DNA from: Octopus sinensis
Lineage: Eukaryota
DNA length: 64,000 nucleotides
Reading direction: 5' to 3'
Assembly: GCF_006345805.1 (NCBI RefSeq)
Contig: NW_021832594.1
Location: 1 to 64,000 of the forward strand
Each line of letters opens with the position of its first letter. Positions within the stretch are counted from its first letter, which is position 1. This document shows positions 28,549-36,900 of the stretch, piece by piece. Made by a program: the position numbers and the translations under genes. The notes under the pieces were generated by a model that did not search any database, had not been told where the DNA came from, and saw nothing but the letters and a program-made list of their open reading frames with translations.

Positions 28549-31500
28549 GTGTGTGTGTGTGTGTGTTTGTGTGTCTGCCCCCCCCCCTCCCCAACATCGC
28601 TTGACAACCAACGCGGGTGTGTTTGCATCCGCGTAACTTAGCGGTTCGGCAAAAGAGACCGATAGAATAAATACTAGGCTTACAAAGAATAAGTCCTGGG
28701 GTCGATTTGCTGGACTAAAGGCGGTGCTCCAGCATGGCCGCAGTCAAATGACTGAAACAAGTAAAAGAGTAAACATTTCCTTTCCATATGAAAGAAATAG
28801 TTTAAAACAAAACCGGAACAAAATCCTCAATAAAACACGAATAAACACATAAATTGGGCAACACAAAAACGCCTTTTCCATTTTGTCTACTGGGACAATG
28901 AGAAATGTTTCTCAAAGATATATAAACAAGAGAAAAACAATGTTTATATATACATACGACGCACAGAGCACGAAAATGGCTTGAAGCAGCAAAAAGTCAC
29001 AGTGTAATGTACACCTTTATAACTTTTACCTGTTTCAGTCAACAAACAAAGCTCACAAGGAAAGAAACACAGAAGAAAGAACGGTTAATATATATTAACC
29101 AGAACGGTTAATATAGGGCGTAACAAATATCAGAAAATCAAAACAAAAATGTGTGTAATAGGTGTAAAACAACTTCCTATGAACGAATATGAAAAAAAAA
29201 ATTCGCGCACGCGAAAGGGGGGTGGGGGAGAGGCCTCGGAAAATTCACATCGGGAAGTTCCGAAAGCGTCTGAGGAGCTGACCCGGGCACCAAAACAAAA
29301 AAAAATAGTGTAATATGTGTAAAACAACTTGCTCTAAACGAATATGAAAAAAAAAATGCGCTCTCGAGAAAGAGGGGTGGGGGAGAGGCCTCGGAATATT
29401 TATATCGGGAATTTCCGAAAGCATCTGAACCGGGCACAAAAACAAAAACAGCGTAATAGGTGTAAAACAACTTGCTCTAAACGACTATCATGAAAAAAAT
29501 GCGCGCTCGCGAAAGGGGGGTGGGGGAGAGGCTTCGGAAATTTCACATCTTCAGTCCACGGCCTTTAAACTAAGAAAAAATAGTGTAATTGGTGTAAAAC
29601 TACTTGTTCTAAACGAGTATCAAGAACACACACTCACACATGAATCATAAACTCCGTATTCGCAAAAAAAAAAAAAAATAAAGAGAAGAAATTCTGGAAA
29701 AAGTGAAGAAATGTTGGATCTCATTCCTTGGTTAAAGCTATTTTAAACATTAAATTTATGCTTTTCTTTGAAATAGTTCAGATATATGCAATTCTTCTCA
29801 CTTATTAAGATGCATTTATCAGAAAAAAAGAGACAAAAAATTATTATTTTGTGTCAATCCTTCCCTAATTATCCTTTATTAATTAGTTTTGGCGTGTATT
29901 TTTTTCCCAAATTTATTTTTTCACCTTTACAACACTGTTTAGTAAAGCAATTAATTATCTTTATAATTTGCATATTTGACTTATTAATCAAAATTCTCTA
30001 GATGTAATATATACTAAGTAATGCATCCTTCATTTATGTGTTCCGTTCTGTATTATGCATGCGTGACTGTTTGTATGTAAGTGTGTTTAACTGTGCACAT
30101 GAATGTGAATATTAAAGAACATATTTATTTACTATGATTGTTATTTTCAGAACAAATAAATCTTTTGGCTGTTATGTTATTGATGTTATTATTATTGCTA
30201 GTTAAAGGTGGTGACTTGGCTGAATATTTTGAGTCTTGTAGTATGTAGTTGTGTTAGTCAATATTCTGAGTTCAAATCCAACTCATTTCTTTATCATCAT
30301 TATCGATGGACCACTCAAAGAGGTATGTATACATTATCATTTTCGTAACATAATTTCTGTAGTATTTCAAGATGTTTCTGACACGTATTTTGATTCACAT
30401 GGCGGAGATCCAACATTTCTTCACTTTTTCCAGAATTTCTTCTCTTTATTATTTTTTTTTTTTGCGAAAGATGTACAAAAATACGGAGTTTATGATTCAT
30501 GTGTGAGTGTGTGTTCTTGATACTCGTTTAGAACAAGTAGTTTTACACCAATTACACTATTTTTTCTTAGTTTAAAGGCCGTGGACTGAAGATGGGAAAT
30601 TTCCGAAGCCTCTCCCCCACCCCCCTTTCGCGAGCGCGCATTTTTTTCATGATAGTCGTTTAGAGCAAGTTGTTTTACACCTATTACGCTGTTTTTGTTT
30701 TTGTGCCCGGTTCAGACGCTTTCGGAAATTCCCGATATAAATATTCCGAGGCCTCTCCCCCACCCCCCTTTCGCGTGCGCGAATTTTTTTTTTTCATATT
30801 CGTTCATAGGAAGTTGTTTTACACCTATTACACACATTTTTTTTTTGATTTTCTGATATTTGTTACGCCCTATATTAACCGAAAGAACAAATGTGGATCT
30901 TTGAAGATGTTTTCAATGAGGTTGGAACGGGAGAATTGAAGAATTCCATACAGAATTGCAACCAAAAGAATACCCTCCATCAGGCATTTGCCATATTCTG
31001 AACGCCTTACTTCCCTGGGCATGGATACATTGAAACTCCGACGTCTGGCAGCTGACTTGGCAGACACCCATAAAATTATTAACCATCTTACAAACAATAA
31101 CTCTGAGCACCTTTTCAAACTCCACCCGTCTAACACCCGTGGACATATTTACAAAGTCAGAAAACAGCACAGCTCCCATGACTTCAGGAAACATTTTTTC
31201 ACGCTGAGAATTGCTGAAGCATGGAACAAACTGCTGGCATCAGTTGTTAGTTGTCGGAGCACTGCATCCTTCAAAACTTCCATGCTTCCTGAGATTCGCC
31301 AACAATACACCTGATCTTCTCCCCTCCATACACACACAAGCATGTATCTGACTCATACGTTGTTCACTATCCAGACATTTCTACATTACTGCGTATACTT
31401 TATACGCACTTTTTGACAAGTTGTGGTGCACCTGAGCACTGTGTACAATAATTTCATTATTACTATTATTTATAGAAAAAACAACAACAAACAAAGTAAA

Positions 31501-31622
31501 AAAAAACACGAAAACATACCATCACATACATATTCAATATTGCTTTCCAATGATTCCAACATTCTTTCAAGTGACCTCCTCCTTGACGATGAAGAAGGTG
31601 ACGAAAGCATGTTAACAGCCAT
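3109..31622 (-). CDS. CENPI: Centromere protein I (CENP-I/Mis6/Ctf3), copy A; multi-exon, 13 exons traced, 3' end not found
   Basis: Exons join in frame via GT-AG sites: 31520-31622, 27142-27273, 24077-24207, 22780-22887, 21274-21369, 19734-19820, 18061-18168, 14891-15058, 13688-13808, 10274-10356, 6958-7075, 4388-4452, 3109-3224 (1436 nt, no stop). Colinear similarity to vertebrate CENP-I as recalled: LPIQIGSVIDNPLLQYLI vs LPSQMGSVLNNSLLLHYI; EYFLYQFLDTWDG vs EAFLYKSLPLWDG; IFFRRGTYLKCRILITLTELVTNY vs LFFTSTIYFKCSVLQSLKELLQNW. Confidence 0.9.
4388..4452 (-). CDS. CENPI: CENP-I A exon 12: (E)LHQILLDPLRKIFFRRGTYLK
   Basis: tattcag| acceptor, |gtaaaa donor. Confidence 0.88.
6958..7075 (-). CDS. 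CENPI: CENP-I A exon 11: EGTPAIEYFLYQFLDTWDGFHFNQSIFKLIPHIRIHKFS
   Basis: caatcag| acceptor, G|gtaagt donor; carries the EG..E.FLY..L..WDG motif. Confidence 0.93.
7453..8326 (+). mobile_element. Non-autonomous Helitron, compound (second 5' end at 7954)
   Basis: A|TC start, subterminal hairpin CCCGAGCAACGCCGGG, CTAG|T end. Confidence 0.8.
10274..10356 (-). CDS. CENPI: CENP-I A exon 10: (A)FIENSVPNYDYLEEFLSKLAGFMRRTK
   Basis: tctgcag| acceptor, |gtactt donor; phase 1 to 0 bridges exons 9 and 11. Confidence 0.82.
10446..10956 (-). mobile_element. Non-autonomous Helitron, same family
   Basis: TC...hairpin...CTAG on the minus strand; homologous to 7453-8326. Confidence 0.8.
13688..13808 (-). 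CDS. CENPI: CENP-I A exon 9: LPIQIGSVIDNPLLQYLITYNKNRHVTGQFNWWLYHTCYD
   Basis: tttgtag| acceptor, G|gtaagt donor; strong match to the recalled LPSQMGSVL motif. Confidence 0.92.
14195..14690 (+). mobile_element. Truncated mariner (5' part), paralogous to 61968-63659
   Basis: TA|TCAGGTTGGAATG terminal inverted repeat (TIR); HTH remnant ARDLKKFKVSHTTILHKLKRIG. Confidence 0.7.
14891..15058 (-). CDS. CENPI: CENP-I A exon 8: VRKKAKLSKLIPQVQSSINDYVPTSHIVRQDHFPETVSFHRILTFEDLLRYIDQIQ
   Basis: ctttcag| acceptor, |gtaaga donor; resembles recalled LQSFPQLLQNIHCLE. Confidence 0.9.
15095..15260 (+). mobile_element. RTE-clade LINE reverse transcriptase fragment (QGS..SP.LF / WELLYADDL); paralogous copy at about 60855-61015 (minus)
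   Basis: RT core motifs visible in translation across a frameshift. Confidence 0.8.
16520..16735 (+). mobile_element. RTE LINE ORF2 3' fragment (HVMCMNEDGCMKRC...RPRKMWDKVVRKDL)
   Basis: Typical RTE C-terminal motifs, decayed. Confidence 0.7.
16888..17295 (-). mobile_element. Young tRNA-derived SINE with 14-bp target-site duplication (TSD), inserted in an older SINE
   Basis: tRNA-like head with A box and B box (GGTTTCGATTCC), CpG-rich body, (AAAC)n tail, TSD TGCTGGTGCTGCTT at 16874-16887 and 17296-17309. Confidence 0.85.
18061..18168 (-). CDS. CENPI: CENP-I A exon 7: CFYRIPNQRLQKIIQGVQLRRGLELRNLAYKSAKSP
   Basis: ttttcag| acceptor, |gtaagt donor, phase 0-0; frame conserved in B. Confidence 0.85.
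18747..19614 (+). mobile_element. Internally deleted mariner (DD34D type), arm A only
   Basis: TIRs CGAGGGTAATCCCAAAAGTAAGGTCTCC / reverse complement, TA TSD, HTH remnant CEVRAVIWFLNAKG...RSGRPS, SPDL-like remnant; empty single-TA site in arm B near 56120. Confidence 0.9.
19734..19820 (-). CDS. CENPI: CENP-I A exon 6: GNVPSLIGLLTKYKMLRPDKLGLSLPKYQ
   Basis: ttttcag| acceptor, |gtaatt donor; resembles recalled GMQPHLQALLSLYKFFAPALISVSLP. Confidence 0.9.
20989..21088. repeat. (GA)n microsatellite, expanded in arm A only
   Basis: About 100 bp of GA repeat; the arm B site near 54485 has only a few units. Confidence 0.95.
21274..21369 (-). CDS. CENPI: CENP-I A exon 5: LPEICYILSELTLYPDVTLFRINELILLWKKT
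   Basis: ccttcag| acceptor, |gtaaag donor; resembles recalled CPYVCHLLYLLTKKENVKPFRVRKLL. Confidence 0.92.
22780..22887 (-). CDS. CENPI: CENP-I A exon 4: KLVFHWIVLVMPYMDAYDKLHAVYNVFFYLLRNYDI
   Basis: tttcag| acceptor, |gtaagt donor; resembles recalled LFYRWLVAMFDFID...LYGFFF. Confidence 0.92.
24077..24207 (-). CDS. CENPI: CENP-I A exon 3: (G)IQISRDLIRCCIPQTTFPQIAAIRLLSCINHLAISEKANTSFT
   Basis: ttataag| acceptor, |gtgagt donor, phase 1 to 0; resembles recalled RILKCMIPATVI. Confidence 0.87.
24610..25040 (-). mobile_element. Decayed DD37D (maT-like) Tc1/mariner fragment; paralog at about 49100-49490 (plus)
   Basis: MKTK.P...GDVMP and FYNFTSPKFW(S/P)PNS remnants in both arms. Confidence 0.6.
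26325..26605 (+). repeat. 30-bp minisatellite (about 9 units), consensus ATGGATGAGGACAGCTGCATCAAGGTGCAC
   Basis: Tandem units visible; open frame reads (MDEDSCIKVH)n. Confidence 0.9.
27142..27273 (-). CDS. CENPI: CENP-I A exon 2: (E)SSVKKPRGKLKTCIVNVKVCAQAVGLSHEDILGLVNVAASLRY
   Basis: tttacag| acceptor, G|gtgaga donor; resembles the recalled human segment NGLASEEIDILLNIALSGKFG. Confidence 0.88.
27601..27896 (+). mobile_element. Short non-autonomous Helitron in A intron 1; equivalent copy in B at 41930-42174 (minus)
   Basis: A|TC...CCCGAGCAACGCCGGGCGATACTGCTAG|T; same insertion site in both arms. Confidence 0.8.
29083..30880. mobile_element. Foldback-type DNA element with modular TIRs (29106-29722 / 30405-30880) and 8-bp TSD, arm A only
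   Basis: Ends GGTTAATATAGGGCG / CGCCCTATATTAACC; TIRs built of 130-155 bp subrepeats; TSD GAAAGAAC at 29075-29082 and 30881-30888. Confidence 0.8.
30890..31465 (+). mobile_element. CR1/L2-group LINE 3' fragment
   Basis: ORF 30988-31314 PYSERLTSLGMDTLKLRR...TRGH.YK...RKHFFTLR...WNKL is a typical ORF2 C-terminus; short tandem tail. Confidence 0.85.
31520..31622 (-). CDS. CENPI: CENP-I A exon 1: MAVNMLSSPSSSSRRRSLERMLESLESNIEYVCD, phase-1 donor
   Basis: ATG at 31622, donor G|gtatgt; homologous to B exon 1. Confidence 0.8.
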
Positions 31623-32394
31623 CTCAAATATTAATGAATATTAATTAAAAAAAAAAGCAGAAAGTGAAATTTAAACTTCCCGGCTGAACACGTGACTGTA
31701 AGTTAAAGGAGAATGTATATTCTTCGACACCTTTGCGTATGTACATTCCGTATTAGCCACGGAATTGCTGAATTTAGGAGTGCACAAGCTTGGGATTTTA
31801 TTGTCGGATATTTCAAAAACTTTACTTTAGTTTTAGAAGACTGGTGGGGGGTTTTGTTTTGGTATAAGATTAAATTTTATTTGTAAATATAAAATTTTAT
31901 ACTCATGTATATATACGTTGTGTGCGTATTAGCCGTATTTGTTTTGGTAAAAACTAGCGCGTCAAATAAGCCAACGAAGCATCTCTATGACGAGTCTACG
32001 TCTTAGACTAATGATTAACCTGAGGCCCACGGGGGCTTTTTAAGTGCCATGTCTAAGGAAGATTTATCTTCAATTAAGTGACAGTGCTGCCCGCTTCTCG
32101 AAAAGATTATGTATGCCTGGTCTACGATGTAGACTCTGCGTAGTCGTTTAACTTGCTAGAAATAGCAGCCAAATCGTTCCCAAATTACATTGTATCGTCG
32201 TCTCACAAATGGTCGCATTAAAGAATATGTTCTTTGGCGTATTGACATAGGAAAAAAGACTTTTATTTCAGATCTCGATCGGTACTAATTAGGAGTAAGA
32301 GCTTAGTTCAAGTTAATATGGAAAAGAAAATAATCATTTGAGTTCATTTATTTTTTTACATTACAATTGCATACTGAATTAGTAATTTATCGTG

Positions 32395-32730
32395 TGTAGG
32401 TGGTACTGGACGTGACAGGCACGGAGGGCATACTTTCAGACTAGTTGCCGTCTATGCCCCGACAAGAGCAGGACGACCAGATTTCTTTCGGCGTCCGGAA
32501 ACCTTTCTTGGAACATCTGGCTTTTTAGTGCTAGCAGGAGGTTGGAACGGGATCTGTGACTGTGTAGGCTTATCAGACAGGAGAGGAGGGTGAAAAAGCT
32601 TTGCAAACCTGCTCAAACGATTTCAACAGTTTCACAGGTATCGACTGGATTTCTCTGATATACCAGCGTGGACCTGGTCAAACCACATCGGGTCATCCAG
32701 ATCATATATCTAGATATGATCTGCAGAGCG
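32395..32730 (+). mobile_element. Tx1/L1-group LINE APE-endonuclease fragment at the palindrome axis
   Basis: Frameshifted translation VVLDVT..RLVAVYAP...DFFRR...LVLAGGWNGI...WTW.N..GSSRSY matches APE endonuclease motifs (VYAP, GDFN-like, TW, SRxD). Confidence 0.7.
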
Positions 32731-33295
32731 GCACATAAGTTGTCCTCAATTTAAAGTAATATTTGTATTTTTTCCACGCAAACTTGAACTAAGCCCTTAC
32801 AGTAAACCGCTCTTACTCCTAATTAGTACCGATTGAATAGATCAGAAATAAAAGCTATTCGAGCTGTTACCGTCTCGTCTTTTTCCCTATGCCAATGCGC
32901 TGAAGAACATATTCTTTAACGGGACCTTTCGTGAGACAGTATAATGTAATTTGGGAACGATTTGGCTACTATTTCTAGCAAGTTGAACGACTACATAAAA
33001 CCCACGTCGTAGACCAGGCATACATAACCTTTTCGAGAAGCAGGCCGCACTATTCACAAAATTGAAGGTGAATTTTCGTTAGACATGCCATTTAAAAAGT
33101 CCCGTGGGCTTCAGGTTACCCATGAGTCTTAGACATAGACAGAACATTGTAGAGAGATGCTTCGTTGGCTCGTTTGACTCGCTAGTTCTTACAAAAACAA
33201 ACTCATACAATTACAGAAGCACACGCGCGCATATAGGCACGAATATAGAATGTTATATTTACAAATAAAATTTATCTTATTCTCAAATAAAACTC

Positions 33296-33618
33296 GGTAC
33301 AACTAGCGAACAGTGGTCCCAGTGCGCGCACACGCGCAGTCGCGCATCCGCGCTAGCTAGTCGTAAGTAGTCGATCCTAAAACGACTACCTAGCAAAGTA
33401 AATAAAACGCAAAATAAATAATTTTTTTTACACAAAAGTAAATAATATTTTTAAAAACAAAGAAAATAAAACACAAAGTAAATAATTTTTTAAACAAAGT
33501 AAGTAAAAACACAAAAACACAAAGTAAGGATCGACTAGTCATGATTAGCTGGCACGGATGGATGCGCGAGTACGCGAGAGCGCGCACCGGGACGGGACCA
33601 CTGTTCGCTAGTAGTACC
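33296..33618. mobile_element. CpG-rich MITE/foldback in the copy B promoter, arm B only
   Basis: TIRs GGTACAACTAGCGAACAGTGGTCCC / GGGACCACTGTTCGCTAGTAGTACC with further imperfect inverted homology for about 90 bp; absent from the matching A promoter; TSD unclear. Confidence 0.75.
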
Positions 33619-33850
33619 ACCACAAAACTCACCATAGTTCTCTGAAAATAAAACAAAGTTTTTGAAATATCTGACAATAAAATCCCAACTCCTAGCAACT
33701 GTAATTTCGAGGATAATAGGAAATGTGAATACGTAAAAGTGGCGAAGAATATACATTCTCCTTTAACCTACTACACAGTCACGTGTTCAACCGGGAGATT
33801 TAAATTTTCGCTTCTCCCGTTTTCTTTAATAATATTTACAAATATTCGCG

Positions 33851-33953
33851 ATGGCTGTTAACATGCCATCGTCACCTTCTTCATCGACGAAGAAGACGTC
33901 ACTGGAAAAACTGTTGGACTCATTGGAAAGCAATGTCGATGTCATATGTGATG
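33851..33953 (+). CDS. CENPI: CENP-I B exon 1: MAVNMPSSPSSSTKKTSLEKLLDSLESNVDVICD
   Basis: ATG at 33851, donor G|gtacgt; 18 nt and 12 aa differences from A. Confidence 0.8.
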
Positions 33954-36900
33954 GTACGTTTCATTGTTTTCTACTATTTTTGTTGTTGGTTTTTTTTCTC
34001 TCTGGAATTCTTTTATTCTCCCGCTTCAACTTCCTCAAACGTCAACGATCGACATTTGTTCTTTCTTCTCCGTTTATTGTTTTGCGGGCGATCTTTCGTC
34101 TCTAGTAGACCTTTCCGTAAAAATTTTGTGTAGATCAGTGCTTTTCAAACTTTTTGCTGGAGCGGAACCCCAAGGAAACATTCCACTGGCTCGAGGAACC
34201 CCTGTTCAATAATTTAATAGTCTTATGCACACATATCTGCACAGGAGACTTTAAAAATTACTGCCGATTTTAGCAGTTTTGTAACTTCTTGCGGAACCCT
34301 GGTTGAAAAACCACTGGTGTAGATAGACAGTTCTTAATTTTTCTCTTGTTTATAAACCTCTATTGAGAAACATTTCTCGTGGGCTCAGCAAACAAAATGG
34401 AAAAGGTGTTGCCCTGTTTGTTTGTGTTTTATTAAGAATTCTTTTCCGCATTATTTTAAACTATTTCATATGAAAAGGAAGTGACAGTTTCCAAACTAAA
34501 ATCCTATTGTTGTGATATCGTATTCCCAGCTGGTTGTATTTTGATAATCATGGCGATAATCGGACGCCCACATAAGTCGGATTTTCTTCATTTTAAACGG
34601 AATTTTTTCCATTTTTTTTTTCACCACGGCCTTCAAAATGATTGTGGGCATGTTTTTATAAAAACATTTTTGAAAATTTGTTTCTTTTTTTTTTTCGCCT
34701 CACCCCCATATCATTTCCTCCGGACTTGTTTTGGCCTGTTTTAATTTTTTTTTTGGCACTACGCTCATAAAAACCACAGGCAAAGTGTTTTTGATAAAAG
34801 AAAAAAAAATGTAATATTTTCAGATAAAAAGGTGTATAATTTAAGGGAGATTTTAAAAAATTGCTTTCCATAAAACAAAATCCCTCCCATTTCGAAGACC
34901 GCGGTGACAAAAAAAATTGGAAAATTCCCCATCAAAACGGAGCAATTCCAACTTATGTGGAGATCCATATAAATCTCCGTCATCCGAATGACTTAAATAT
35001 AATTTCAGTGTTTCGTGATTTGTCAGTTTTTCTTAAGAACAAGTTCTCGAATAGATATTGATACACAACACCTAGTATTACTTTATTCGTCATTCCTTCG
35101 ATGTAACTCGACAAAATCAAAACATTTCACTTCGGGTATCTCCGTGGAAGCAGATGACAGTTTGATTCTGTTTTCTGCTTGGAAATTCGCGGATTTTACA
35201 TTCACACATGAAACAGGTAAGAACAAATATGCAAGGCTTTTTTTCTACAAGTTTAAAATGGGACATTGCTGGCATATTTTCGTTATATCTATACTCCACA
35301 ACCCACGGAAATACCCGAAGTGAAATGTTTTGATTTTGTCGAGTTATATCGAAGGAATGTGATTTATTCCTTTTAAATCTAGTCCAAATTCCTGATATAG
35401 TGGGCTTCTTTGACTAGTCTTCCTTGCCACTTGACAGAAACATAGTTTTCTGCTTAACTGTGTCGTTTTGACTTATTACGTTTTATTGTCATAACACTGA
35501 TGTGAGGTGGGTGAGACATGAATCAATTAGGTGATGATCTAGCTTCATTCAGGTCAGGATGTAGGAGAGACAACAAGAAATCATGCTTGCAAGAGTTGTT
35601 TTCATTGCAGAGATTCACATTCAACACCTTGCTGTGATTTATTGCCACCAATTTCTGTCACAAAAGCAAAGTATCACTCATGTATTACCTAAGATCTGCA
35701 ATGGAAAATAACGATCATTTGTACTATAAACACAAAGCCAGAAATCCCACTACCCGGCTGGTATATATTTCATCAAACCCAAAAGGAAGAGAGGCAAAGT
35801 TGACTTTGGTCGGCTTTGAACTCAGTGTAAGGTTGGACAAAATGCCATTAAGCATTTTTTTTTTCTCCAGCATGCTAATGATTCTGCCACCTTGATTGAG
35901 GGATTTGGATTGTTGATGGAAGGATCATGTTACAACATTTACATGCTCTGCAACTTCAGCTTTTTATCTTTTAGCAGAGTTTCTTTTAGATGAAGTAATG
36001 GAAACAGCTGAGCAAGAAGGAGAAAGTGCAATCTATATTTATTGTAATAGATACGTAGCCAGACATAAGCATGAAGGTAGGGGAACCATCTGAACGTAGC
36101 CGTAGCTAGCGCTGCCCTGACTGGCCTCCTGTGCCGGTGGCACGTAAAAGACACCATCCGATTGTGGCCGTTGCCAGCCTCGCCTGGCACCTGTGTCGGT
36201 GGCATGTTAAAAGCACCCACTACACTCACGGAGTGGTTGGCGTTAGGAAGGGCATCCAGCTGTAGAAACACCGCCAGATCAGACAGGGCCTGGTGCAGCC
36301 TTCTGGCTTCCCAGACCCCAGTTGAACCGTCCAACCCATGCTAGCATGAAAAGCGGACGTTAAACGATGATGATGATGATGATGAAGAATGTTGCAAGAG
36401 GTTGTTGTACACTTTGTTGAAATCTAATTAGGTAAGACAAGCCAAAAGTGACCTAGTGGAGGAAGTTCCTCAGTGCAGTTGAAGATTAAAGAATGATATT
36501 TGGAGTCTCTCTTTCATATTTGGCAGAAGTCTCTAACAGATATGTAAAAGTATGCTTAGCACATGCAAAACAGTATCATGCACTTTTGGGAAAAGATCAT
36601 TATCATCATTGTTTAACGTCCGCTTTCCATGCTAGCATGGGTTGGACGATTTTGACTAAGGGCTGGCGAACCAGTTGGTTGCACCAGGCTTCAATCTTGA
36701 TCTGGCAGAGTTTCTACAGCTGGATGCCCTTCCTAACGCCAACCACTCCGAGAGTGTAGTGGGTGCTTTTATGTGCCACCAGCATGGGGCCAGTCAAGCT
36801 GTACTGGCAACAACCTCGCTCGAATCTTTTACACATGCCACCGGCACAGGTGCCAGTAAGGCGATGCTGGTAACGATCACGCTCGAATGGTGCCTTTTAC

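Larger units (their letters stand above)
31623..33850. promoter_or_regulatory. Divergent (head-to-head) promoter region, itself an imperfect palindrome; each side has GTCACGTG E-box + CCGGG-N3-TTTAAA (CDE/CHR-like) about 45-75 bp upstream of the ATG
   Basis: A side (minus): CACGTGAC 31689-31696, TTTAAA 31670-31675. B side: GTCACGTG 33778-33785, CCGGG 33791-33795, TTTAAA 33799-33804. More CpG than the introns. Confidence 0.6.
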
